DNA of 64,000 nucleotides from the human T2T-CHM13v2.0 reference genome, Homo sapiens. Both the position numbers and the translations under genes were made by a program. Every line of letters begins with the position of its first letter. Positions within the stretch are counted from its first letter, which is position 1. The stretch lies in the NCBI RefSeq assembly GCF_009914755.1, contig NC_060935.1; one strand, given 5' to 3'. This document shows, piece by piece, positions 12,448 through 28,033 of the stretch. The notes beneath the pieces are model-generated. The model worked only from the letters and a program-made list of their open reading frames with translations. It had not been told where the DNA came from and made no database searches.

Positions 12448-13657
12448 GAGTAGAATTGACACAAGGCCATGCCATGGGAGACACAGAGTTATTACTCTAA
12501 TCAATCTCCCCAAAGGCTCAGAGGTTAGCAGTTTTTCAAAAACAGTTTGGTAGTCAGGGGCTAGGGTAAGGGCCATGCTGATTGGCTGGGTCAAAGATGA
12601 AATCACAGAGAATCCAAACTGTCCTCTTGTGATGAGTTGGTTCCTGGGTGCAGGCCACAGGAAAGGTTGGCAGGTCTGGGTGGGGCTGTACAGTTGTCAG
12701 AAATGCAAAAACCTGAAAAGACATCTCCAAAGGCCAATCTTCCATTCTACAGTAGTAATGTTATCTGCAGGAGTAATTGGGGAAGTTGCAAATTTTATGA
12801 CTTCCGGAATAATGGCTGGTAATTACTTAGAATTCAAACCCCTTTCATCCTCCTAACTTGGTGGTGTTTCATTAGTTTTAAGTTCAGTGTGGGGGAAATG
12901 CTGTTATTATTTAAACTATAAATTAAATTCTCCCAAAGTTAGCTTGGCCCACACCTAGGAAAGAGCAAAGATAGCCAACATATGAGGCCATAAGCAAGGT
13001 AGAGTTAGCCTTGTCAGATCTCTTACTGTCATAATTTTGCAAAGACAGTTTCAGTGCAATGCTAGTGCATAGTGTATGGGTAAATAAATATTGTTTCCTT
13101 TATGACATTTTAAACAAGAGCAGTGGACAACAGGGGAGAGAGTCAATCCAAGCATTACTAACCACTCATCAGTGGCCCTACACCCTCATACTGACATTCT
13201 GAGTTGATCTGAAGGAGCCTCTGTTACTCTGCTCCTTGCCATTAGTTTTTTCACCAGAAGCTGTGCTTTAACCACCAGCTTCAAATCCCCAGATCTTTCT
13301 AATTCAGAGACTATCAAGGTTGCAAATCAAAGTGAGCTTCACTTAAACAAATGCTAAACATCTAGTCCATAAAAGTCTTCCCCTAAAACAGCACTGGTTT
13401 TCTGCCAATGCATATTTTGAACACACATATATTTAAATCTCCTCAGGTATGTCTTTAAGTCTCCAGGGTCCATAAAGAATTTAGCAGTATTTTTCACACA
13501 ATGGGTCCCCAGTGAGTAGAGTGTTTATTAGGTGAGAGAGAGAAGGCAGAGGAAGAAGAGCAAAATATGGAGAATGAAAGGAGGAGAAGAGGAAGGGAAG
13601 TAGAGAAAAGGGATCTTACCCTTGCTTCGTACCTGTCTGGTCCATTTAAGCATCCTT

Positions 13658-14747
13658 TAAGGTGGTGGGTTTTGAACACCAGTGCATAAAAGAATCATTA
13701 GGGGACTTGTTGAAAATGCAGATTCCTGCTCCCCACTCCAAAAGATTCTGACTTGCTCTCTCCTCCCACCACCCAAGATGCTGAAAGGAAAGAGGGGCAA
13801 GGGAAAGAAGGTGGCCTAGCCCCTGCTGTTGTGAAGAAGCATGAGGCAAAGAAAGGGGTGAATCCCTGTTTGAGAAAAGGTGAAGAATTTTGGCAATGGA
13901 CAAGACATCCAGCACAAAAGGGGCCTCACCTGCTTTGTCAAATGGCCCCACTATATCACATTGCAGCTGGCAAAGAGCTAGCCTCTATAAGCAGCTGAAA
14001 GTGCCTCCTGCGATTAACCTGTTCACCCAGGCCCTGAACTGCCAAACAGCTACTGACTGCTTAAGCTGGCCCATGAGTACAGACCAGAGACAAAGTAAAA
14101 GAAACAGAGCCTGTTGGCCTGGACCGAGAAGAAAGCTGCCAGCGAAGGGGCTGTCCCCACTAAGAAACCACCTGTCCTTTGAGCAGGGGTTAAAACTGTC
14201 ACCACCTTATTGGACAACAAGAAGTCTCAGCTGGTGGTGACTGCACACGAAGTGGATTCCATCAAGCTGATTGTCTTCCTGACTGTCCTGTGTTGTGAGA
14301 TGAGGGTCCCTTACTGCATTACCAAGGGGAAGGCAAGAGTGGGATGTCTACTAGCCCACAGGAAGACCTGCACCACTGTTGCCTTCGGAAGAAGACAAAG
14401 GAGCTTTGGCTACGCTGGTAGAAGCCATCAGGACCAATTACAATGACAGATATGTTAAGAACCATCCTCACTGGGGAGGCAATGTCCTGGGTCCCAAATC
14501 TGTGGCTAGCATTGCCAGGTTGAAAAAGGCAAAGGCTAAAGAACTTGCTACTAAACTGGGTTAAATGTACACTGTTGAGTTTTCTGTACATAAAAATAAC
14601 TAAAATTATACAATTTTTTTTCCAAAAAAAAAGCTGGGGGGATTCTGATTCAGTAGGGCCCTGGGAAGGTACATGTTAGCAAGTGTCCCCAGTCACTTCT
14701 GATACATAGGTAGCCTCTGCAAGCCCTTTTGAGAAACATTGCCCTAG
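13658..14747. mobile_element. MER5-type hAT element split by the RPL7A pseudogene
   Basis: gaatcattaggggacttgttgaaaatgcagattcctg...agattctga on the left and gattctgattcagtagg...ttttgagaaacattgccctag on the right. Confidence 0.75.
13756..14632 (+). pseudogene. RPL7A: Processed pseudogene of 60S ribosomal protein L7a (eL8), full length, multiple frameshifts
   Basis: Pyrimidine 5' leader, ATG at 13778; peptides [39 protein letters not shown] and [31 protein letters not shown] (stop 14562-14564) lie in different frames; intronless; A-tail; gattctga duplicated at 13744-13751 and 14641-14648. The specific RPL7AP number is not determined. Confidence 0.96.
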
Positions 14748-17700
14748 GGAAATAATGATGAAGACTACTGCAAGGAAGGTTAAGTAGTTCAGGAAAAGGC
14801 CACCTACACACCGAATTCAAAATACTTTGAAATAAAGGAGTGGCCATTTTCTCTGAACTCTTATCATTGTAGGGAACAGGGTTATAATGTCACTTTTACC
14901 ATGTTACACTCTTGCTAAACATCCCAGCTAGTTCTCACTGCCAGCAAGACAGAGTCACAATGTCAGCAAGGCCTTTCATAAATGAATTCCACTTATTTTT
15001 TCCAACTTGGTCTCTTTACTCATGCATATAGCCTTCATTCCAAGCAAAATAATTTATGCATTGTCCCCAAGCACGCTATAAACATTGTCTCTACATCTAT
15101 GGTGGAGTTTCTAAAAATCACCTAATTTCCACAACTTTGAGTGATCTAAAGCTTAATATTTCTTCAAATCCCAGGACTGATAGCACCTCCATCTTCCAGA
15201 TGGCTCCTGCAAACCTGCTTCCTAGGTCCTCCAAGTTTGTTGTCCCCAGGTCTCCAAGCAAGACTCTTAAGAATTCCTGGCAGTTCCTAAAAGTCTTTGA
15301 ATAAATTAGCTTTTTCTCAAGTTTTCAAGAGCATTTTTCTGTTGATTTGAGTTAAAGAATCCTAAGTCATATACAATTTTTTTTCTTTAACCTTTACTCT
15401 TCCTACCTTACATTGGGCACTTTACCTACATTGCCTTTTTCCATTTATTTTTCATGCATCTCTGTATTCTTTCCCCAACTAAATTGCAAGATCTTTTGGA
15501 GCATAGACTCTCTTATAAATTGTTTATGCATTTCTCCAAAGGCTTAGGACAGTGTCTTAAACAAAACATAAGTGGGTAGGGGTGGGGGTGGGTAATTGAC
15601 TGCCCTCGGAGGTTCAAAGTCGCCTTTCTGGCCTCAGCATAAAGTGTTCTTAAAATTCTGATATCAAACTAGTTCTGGAATTTTCCAAATCATTACTAAT
15701 CCTTTGCCAAACCAATCTAAACTGTGATGGACAGGAAGCATTCTTGTCTGTAACATTTCCCTGGTGCTGTTGTTTAATAAAGATTGCAGCCCTGTGAACA
15801 TCTGCTTAAAAACAAAAACAAAATTCCTCCAGGGTAGCTTGATTTCTGATCTTCATCAGGAAACGTCTTACACTCTAGCACTCCTAAGAGCATTTGTAAA
15901 TCCCACACTGTAATTACAGAATGCAAACCTACATTTTTCCCTGCGTTTAGAAGGTAAAGGTTGGGCTTCAGAGTCACAAGCCCTCCCTGTAGCTCACCAG
16001 GCTCCACTGTCTTGCCTCTTTCTTTCTAATTATCCAAAGTATATACTCTTCTGCACCAAGGCTGCTTTTCATGAGTGAAGGAACATTGCTCAATCAAGTG
16101 AATTTACTATGAATCTTGCCCTTTTAATTTCCACATGAAAAATACACAGAAAACATATTATGTAACTAAAATATTTTTAATTTGCTCATTGCAGTAATTT
16201 CATATATACTTTAAAAGTACCTATTCCTCAAAATAAGTTGAAATTTTGAAAAAACATGGTAAAAAGATTTAAGCAAGAGCATTTTTTTTTTTGGTATTCT
16301 GTTCATATAGCTAAAAGCTTAAGAAATTTCTTTGCAGAAACTCAGGGATATACCAAGTAGGCACATAGACATTATCAGTGTACTCAGTCTTGAAAAATAC
16401 TGTTGACCATTTTTAGTATGTTTTCAGTATAAAAATAATCTCTTCTTCTCCTACTTCTAATCAGGCCACCTTTTAGTTTCTGGGGACTTGAAAGAAAAGT
16501 GATATATATGCAAATAGTAATAACCTTCAAGATTGACAAGAAAAATTATGCTCAAGTCTGAAGCAATCTCAAGAATATTTTCTACTTTCAGGTAACATTT
16601 CTTCTACGATAATCTAAGAGAATTCAGCCTGGGGTTACATTAAGAATAAACAAATTATCTTCTAAAGATCTTAATGCTAAAGCTCAGACAGTGAGTGACA
16701 CAATTTAGATTTCACATGAAATCTGTCTCCATCAAGAATTCCTTAGACAACCAAGTACCACATTTAGAGCTCTTATTCTCTCCAACACAATTGAAAGTGT
16801 CACATGCAAAAGAAAGCCAAAGTTTTTTTAATCATAAGAAAACAATGTGACAATGTCTTGCCTTAGACTTCAACTGAATTCCTCACTGCTTATTACTATG
16901 ATTATTGATAATAGGCATTTCTGTGCCATTGAAATATTCACAGGACTCCTTACCATCACTGTATCTACAAGCTGCTCCTCAACCCCTCCATGAGATGAAT
17001 TAGTTATATTCTGACTTTTACTAAAAGTGAAACAAAGACCTCAAGTAAATAAGTAATCTGAGCCTTATAAAATGTTTTCACTTAACAGAAATCAGAATTC
17101 ATAATTTTTTATTACACATCAACATTCTAAAACACTATGAGATGAAAACACACACACAAAATCCACCAACAATGGAGAGAATAATTTAAACAAAAATAGC
17201 TCAAAGGGAGCTCCATGAGTCTACAACTTCATTTTCTTTGCAGTTTCATCCAAGAAAGCATATATTAACCTTGTACCCAGTCTTAACTAATTCTTCCAAG
17301 CAATTGCCAGAAGCTTTCTTAGACGTGCTAGTTCTTGTTGTAATAGTTATGATATCTAAGTTAGTTCATGTGTGACAGAAACCTTGTTTTACTAAGAACA
17401 AGAGAGCATTCTAGTCATGAAACCCACTTTCTTGCCAATAAACTACCACAATACAGTCACCATACAGTTGCTTCCCTGGCCAGTCAGTAATGCATGAGGT
17501 ACAATTTCAAACTAGGATATTTATCAGTTGTTTATTCCTAATGAAGCCCACAGTGCTACAAGCAGAACTACTGGGTTATTTTTCCTCTTTATAAATGTCA
17601 GCTCATATTTTCTTTAAGCACAGAACTTTGAAAGAAAGAGATAAGAAAATAAAGGAAGCAAGCTTTGTTTTGAATATCTCTTGCATAGCCAGTAATGACA

Positions 17701-19759
17701 AACACTTTACTCCAGCAAGAGGTAATGCATGGAAGCATTTAACACAGTGTATGCCTTACAGACAGTCCTTAGTAACTGATAATTAAAACTAAGATGAAAA
17801 ACTCAGTGAGCCCTTCCTCTGATTGGCATTTACCTGATGGGAGATAAGCATTTCTTCTTGCCCTAGGAGTGATTATTTCTAGAAGAATCACAGAAAGCTC
17901 GATGTACCAGATTGAGTTATTAACAGACAATCTGTTGTCTCTAATTTATCAGAATGTTTCAAACAATGTAAGCAACACATCAAACATATTTCTTTTAAAA
18001 AGAGGAGTCTTATTATTTGAAGTTGTTTACAAAGAGGGGAGTTGCACCACCTCCATGGCCCCACAACCCTAGTCCTATTGCCAGCATTGAAAATCAGGGC
18101 TATCCCATGGCTACATTGTTCATGGCCCAACTCCTGGAACTCTCCAATGATCAGCAACGGGAGTGACCCTGCCTGCAAGTTTGCCATATGGTAGCCCTGA
18201 AAGACTCTTCCTTAGGCATGTGGGCCCTCAGAATGAATATGGCTTAAAGCAGATGTAGATGTGATGACTCTTTCTGAACGGTGGTTCAGCTTTGGTGTCT
18301 GGCTTTTCCTATCCTAGGTAGAATAGATATGTAATGTTAGGTCTCAAGAGATCATTTTAGTGAATGTAGTGACAACTGCAGATAACAGTCCCAGGCTATG
18401 ACAAGGGCTCAGACTTCATAAAGGGCTCAGTCATCACCTCCTAGCTTAGCTGGTCCCTGTACCCCAAGGCCATTGCCTCAGACATGAATGCTTTCCCTTG
18501 AAAGTTGTCTCCTTTGAAACCTGGGACAGAGGGTTAGGATCTTACTAGTATTGGCTCAACAGCTATTTCTTACTTAGCTAAAGAAATATAGTAAGCTAAG
18601 GCAGTCTTTTGACTGGGTCATGCTGATCAATATGAAAAAATCTCCTTCTTTTCTATTTATTTCAAGCCAAGACTCTAAATATGATCATTATGACTTGTGT
18701 TTTTCTTTGTTTCCAAGGAAAATCATAATAATAAATTTATAGGAAAATTTCCAATATACAGACTGATACCTACATTGTTTTTTCTCATCCTCCAAGTTTA
18801 AATACCTACAACAGAACCTTAAAAAAAATCTAAGAAAAATGTGTATATAACACTACATAGGAAACATTTATTCATTCAATACATAATAAACACTTTTGAA
18901 GTATCCCAGTGGTACACAAGATAGAGACAGCCACTGCCCTCAAGAAACAATCTGTCCCCAGGTTCTTAAAAGGACTAAAAGATTTCGCCAACACAAATGC
19001 CTTCTATAAGGAAAAAGCATCTCATCTAGTGTTATTCCCAAAGTAGGGGCTCAGCAGTGGTTAATTAATAATGATGAAGAACAATCAGTCCCTCATGAAA
19101 CTGACTCAGTATTCCAGAAGTGTCACTATTTAAATGTGGCCTACATTTTCCCATCTTTTCTTATCAAAGTGACACTTTGTCTCAACACGTTGGCTGCAAT
19201 GTGCATACAGGTACCTTACTGAAACTGTAAAAACACATCTCTCAGCGTGCTAGGGATGTAGATGCTGACATTTATTTTGCCTGTACTTTCAGGGTGGCAT
19301 TACAGTTCCATAGAGAAGGAGAAACAAAGAAGTTTGGGCTTACTCTTGATGAATATAAGCTTACAAGTCATGAGCAACCGATAACCTACCAGTACTTAAG
19401 TTCATGACTGTACCTAAGTAAAAAGTGAGGAGGTCTCTACTGGGGTCTATGTGGGGCTTCAGCAGTCTCAGCTCCCAGATCCTTCACAGTCAGAAGTCTA
19501 TTATAGCTTCATGTATTGCTCAATAAGTTATAACTTTATAACTTGACATTTTCCCTAGGCCTTCCAACAGGGCTGTAGGAGTTAAAATTCTTTGAGGCCC
19601 AACTGTTCAGTTGAAATTACCAAGGACAGGTCTATTGCTATGGTCAAATGCTCTATGCTCCTATAACACTTATCTTCTCAATACCCCATTCTCTCTTACA
19701 CTTCAGGACTTTTAAACATGTTGGGTTCTACCAAACTCCATCCCCTCCCCACCACCATC

Positions 19760-19760
<1 letters not shown>

Positions 19761-19795
<35 letters not shown>
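19761..19795 (+). repeat. (AC)17 microsatellite
   Basis: Perfect AC run. Confidence 0.97.
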
Positions 19796-19797
<2 letters not shown>

Positions 19798-20929
19798 TTC
19801 TTCACTGTGGAAAATTCTTAGTTATCCTTCAATGCTCAGACCAAAAATCCATTGTCCTATGTCAGTGTCATAGGGGCAGGACTCCTGTAGGATGGTGTTC
19901 ATAATTCTGTTCTGAAATTTAACATAAATTGTAATACATCTATTTATATACAAGTTCCCAAGTTAATCGATGAAATCCTCAAGTATAGGGACTAAAACTT
20001 ATTTACCTTTATCTTCACAGGATCCTTGGAACACATTAAAGTACTTATTAAATAGTTAAATTTGATTAAGTGCTTATTAGATGAATAAATACATGGATGA
20101 ATGAAACAAACCCATCCCATCCAAGATTATTTCATAACCCCACCACCAAAGGTCTTTTGTCAGGACAACCATCCTCAAGTAGATCCAGGTTCACTTTAGA
20201 TCTCAAGTTAATCCTTAGCGAGACATTCTGAGAACTTCTGACCCTCGGTGAGATTTACGCATGTTAGCAGAAGCCATAAGGTTTTTTTTTAATTACAGCT
20301 GAAAATATATATGAATATTAATAGTTATTACAAGAAGCTCTGGAGCTTTGGGAAAAAATATGTGGATTTCAAGGAAAAGAAATATTCTATCTCTGGCACA
20401 ATTTCAAGTACCAAGAGCAGAGTCTTCTTAATGAAGTGTTAACGAAGTGTCAGCATAGACCAGAATGCTGCTGATTTGCATACTCCTTGGTTAATAATGT
20501 TAAAATAGGATTGTGTGGATGTTAAATCCTATGTATTTTATAGAGCTAAAACGCCTGTTAAGATTATTGATTCCTTGTGACAATTCTTAGTACAGAATAG
20601 TCTAGTAAATTAAAAGAGGATTCATTTGGTTACTCTGGAATGGTTATAATTCTAATTTTCAAGTAATGTATTTCTTTATTGTATTCACAAAGTAAAAGAT
20701 TGTATGCCCTTGAATTTCACAGACAAACTCGTGGTCCTGAAAATCTAAGATTTTGTGTACTAGAGAAAGAGTTAATGATCACTAGGCTCATAGTTAATAA
20801 ACCCAACCATTCACTCTCCTCCACAAAAGTATTGGAGGTAAGGCATAAGTGTCAATGACAAGATTGTATCACTGATTTTTGGAATATAGAGCAATTACTT
20901 TCTGAAATATATACCATCAGCAAAGTAGC

Positions 20930-21210
20930 TTAAATATATATACACACACACACAAAATATATATTTATAAATAAGTATATGTTAGTATATTTTAATATGT
21001 CTATATATTTAATACATAATGTATGAAATATAAATTAGTTTATATAAGCATAAGCAAAATTTATAATTATGTATATGTATATAAAAATAAATGATAAATA
21101 CATTAATTTTAATAGTCATAATGCTTAATATATAAAATATATAATATAAAAATATATTTTATATTAATGTATATTTATGTATTAATTATATATGTATTAT
21201 ATATATAAAG
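20930..21210. repeat. AT-rich low-complexity / degenerate (TA)n tract
   Basis: Nearly all A/T with tata motifs. Confidence 0.85.
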
Positions 21211-21269
21211 TCATTTCAACTTGACCTTATAAATGTTTTCCAGAAAATATTTTGTTCTATTCCTAGTAT

Positions 21270-22020
21270 GTTCCTGGTTTTAAATCCTTATTATTTGCCT
21301 TCTGGGCCACTCATGCAACTCCTTAAATTCAGTATTTTCTCTCTTAAATTCATCCTTCTATCAGCCACCATCATGATTTATCTAAAATCTAAATGTTTCT
21401 TTGGTTTAAAGCCCTTTAATGACCCACATTACTTACACTACAGGCTTGAGCTCCTTAACAAAGTAATAAAGAAGTAACTCCTGCTTATCTTTTAATCTCA
21501 TCTCCAATAATTTCATGCCTTGCTTTTTAAACTGTGAAATACCTAAGTATAATAGTTTCACTCCTTTACATAGAACATGATGATGTTTGTTTGCTTGCTT
21601 GGGGTTTTGGGGATTTTTTAAAACCTCTATGGCTTATAATCAGAATTTTCTTCTCACCTTAGGCTTCAAGATTTCAAGACTAAGCTTGGGTGTCACCTTT
21701 TCCTTAAAGCTTTCTCTCATCTCCCAAGACGGTGGGAGTGCAGTAGTGCAATCATGACTCACTGCAGCTTTGAACTCCTGGGCTCAAAGGATCCTCCCAC
21801 TTCAGCCTCCTGAGTAGCTGTGATTACAGGTGTGAGGTACTGCACTCAGCCCCATGCATTCTTTAATGCCTTCTCCTTAGATCTAGTCTTATTCTGAATA
21901 TTTTGTTTTACATTTTTGTCTGTCCACTAGACAGTGTGCTCCATGAAGGCATGAACTATTTGTAGTTATCTGCCAATCTTAACACATTGCTTGGTGGATA
22001 GCTGTTGAATGGATGAAGGA
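21270..22020 (+). mobile_element. L2 3' region with an embedded minus-strand AluJ right-arm fragment (~21733-21852)
   Basis: ccactagacagtgtgctccatgaaggc...tgttgaatggatgaa L2 tail; gagtgcagtagtgcaatcatgactcactgcagctttgaactcctgggctcaa Alu fragment. Confidence 0.65.
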
Positions 22021-22070
22021 ATGGAGACATTCTGGATCACTTCTAACTGCTCTTAAGAAAAAAATGTGTT

Positions 22071-23110
22071 GGGCGGAGGAGCCAAGATGGCCGAATAGGA
22101 ACAGCCCCGGTCTACAGCTCCCAGCGTCAGCGACGCAGAAGACGGGTGATTTCTGCATTTCCATCTGAGGTACCGGGTTCATCTCACTAGGGAGTGCCAG
22201 ACAGTGGGCACAGGCCAGTGGGTGCAGCACACCCTGCGCGAGCCGAAGCAGGGCGAGGCATTGCCTCACTCGGGAAGTGCAAGGGGTCAGGGAGTTCCCT
22301 TTCCTAGTCAAAGAAAGGGGTGACAGACGGCACCTGGAAAATCGGGTCACTCCCACCCGAATACTGCGCTTTTCCGGCGGGCTTAAAAAATGGCGCACCA
22401 GGAGATTATATCCCGCACCTGGCTCAGAGGATCCTACGCCCACGGAGTCTCGCTGATTGCTAGCACAGCAGTCTGAGATCAAACTGCAAGGTGGCAGCGA
22501 GGCTGGGGGAGGGGCGCCCACCCATTGCCCAGGCTTGCTTAGGTAAACAAAGCAGCCGGAAAACTCCAACTGTGTGGAGCCCACCACAGCTCAAGGAGGC
22601 CTGCCTGCCTCTGTAGGCTCCACCTCTGGGGGCAGGGCACAGACAAACAAAAAGACAGCAGTAACTTCTGCAGACTTAAATGTCCCTGTCTGACAGCTTT
22701 GAAGAGAGCAGTGGTTCTCCCAGCACACAGCTGGAGATCTGAGAACACAGGCAGACTGCCTCCTCAAGTGGGTCCCTGACCCCTGACCCCTGAGCAGCCT
22801 AACTGGGAGGCACCCCCCAGTAGGGGCAGACTGACACCTCACACGGCCGGGTACTCCTCTGAGACAAAACTTTCGGAGGAACGATCAGACAGCAGCATTC
22901 GTGGTTCACGGAAAACCACTGTTCTGCAGACACTGCTGCTGATACCCAGGCAAACAGGGTCTGGAGGGGACCTCTAGCAAACTCCAACAGATGAGCAGCT
23001 GAGGGTCCTGTCTGTTAGAAGGAAAACTAACAAACAGAAAGGACATCCACACCAAAAACCCATCTGTACATCACCATCATCAAAGACCAAAAGTAGATAA
23101 AACCACAAAG
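22071..23110 (+). promoter_or_regulatory. L1 5'UTR internal promoter (YY1 site caagatggccg 22083-22093; CpG-rich; antisense promoter region)
   Basis: YY1 motif seen directly; promoter function inferred from established L1 biology. Confidence 0.75.
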
Positions 23111-24144
23111 ATGGGGAAAAAACAGAGCAGAAAAACTGGAAACTCTAAAAAGCAGAGCACCTCTCCTCCTCCAAAGGATCGCAGTTCCTCACCAGCAATG
23201 GAACAGAGCTGGACTGAGAATGACTTTGACAAGTTGAGAGAAGAAGTCTTCAGACGATCAAACTACGAGCTACAGGAGGAAATTCAAACCAAAGGCAAAG
23301 AAGTTAAAAACTCTGAAAAAAATTTAGACGAATGTATAACTAGAATAACCAATACAGAGAAGTGCTTAAAGGAGCTGATGGAACTGAAAACCAAGGCACG
23401 AGAACTACGTGAAGAATGCAGAAGCCCCAGGAGCTGATGCGATCAACTGGAAGAAAGGGTATCAGCGATGGAAGATGAAATGAATGAAATGAAGTGAGAA
23501 GGGAAGTTAACAGAAAAAAGAATAAAAAGAAATGAACAAAACCTCCAAGAAATATGAGACTATGTGAAAAGACCAAATCCACATCTGATTGGTGTACCTG
23601 AAAGTGACGAGGACAATGGAACAGAGGGAACATGCCGTTCCCTCTGTTGGAAAACACTCTGCAGGATATTATCCAGGAGAACTTCCCCAATCTAGCAAGG
23701 CAGGCCAACATTCAGATTCAGGAAATACAGAGAACGCCACAAAGATACTCCTTGAGAAGAGCAACTCCAAGACACATAATTGTCAGATTCACCAAAGTTG
23801 AAATGAAGGAAAAAATGTTAAGGGCAGCCAGAGAGAAAGGTCGGGTTACCCTCAAAGGGAAGCCCATCCGACTAACAGCGGATCTCTCGGCAGAAACTCT
23901 ACAAGCCTGAAGAGAGTGGGGGCCAATATTCAACATTCTTAAAGAAAAGAATTTTCAACCCAGAATTTCATATCCAGCCAAACTAAGCTTCATAGGTGAA
24001 GGAGAAATAAAATCCTTTACAGACAAGCAAATGCTGAGAGATTTTGTCACCACCAGGCCTGCCCTAAAAGAGCTCCTGAAAGAAGCACTAAACATGGAAA
24101 GGAACAACCAGTACCAGCCACTGCAAAATCATGCCAAAATGTAA
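23111..24144 (+). pseudogene. L1 ORF1p, disrupted
   Basis: MGKKQSRKTGNSK...; premature stops (e.g. 23435, 23908) and a frameshifting insertion near 23620-23648. Confidence 0.93.
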
Positions 24145-24207
24145 AGACCATCGAGACTAGGAAGAAACTGCATCAACTAACAAGCAAAATAACCAGCTAA
24201 CATCATA

Positions 24208-28033
<3,826 letters not shown>

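Larger units (their letters stand above)
9481..13053 (-). mobile_element. ERV1 solo LTR (LTR8/LTR8A-like), split by SVA and Alu
   Basis: Ends ataattttgcaaagacagtttca, the reverse complement of the LTR8 start TGAAACCGCCTTTGCAAAATTAT. The piece at 9481-9568 continues at 12458 (gacacaaggcc...attactctaatcaatctcccc). Confidence 0.75.

Noticed and set aside
13753-14564. Functional RPL7A retrogene
   Set aside because: The RPL7A peptide is spread over several frames with indels; no intact CDS.
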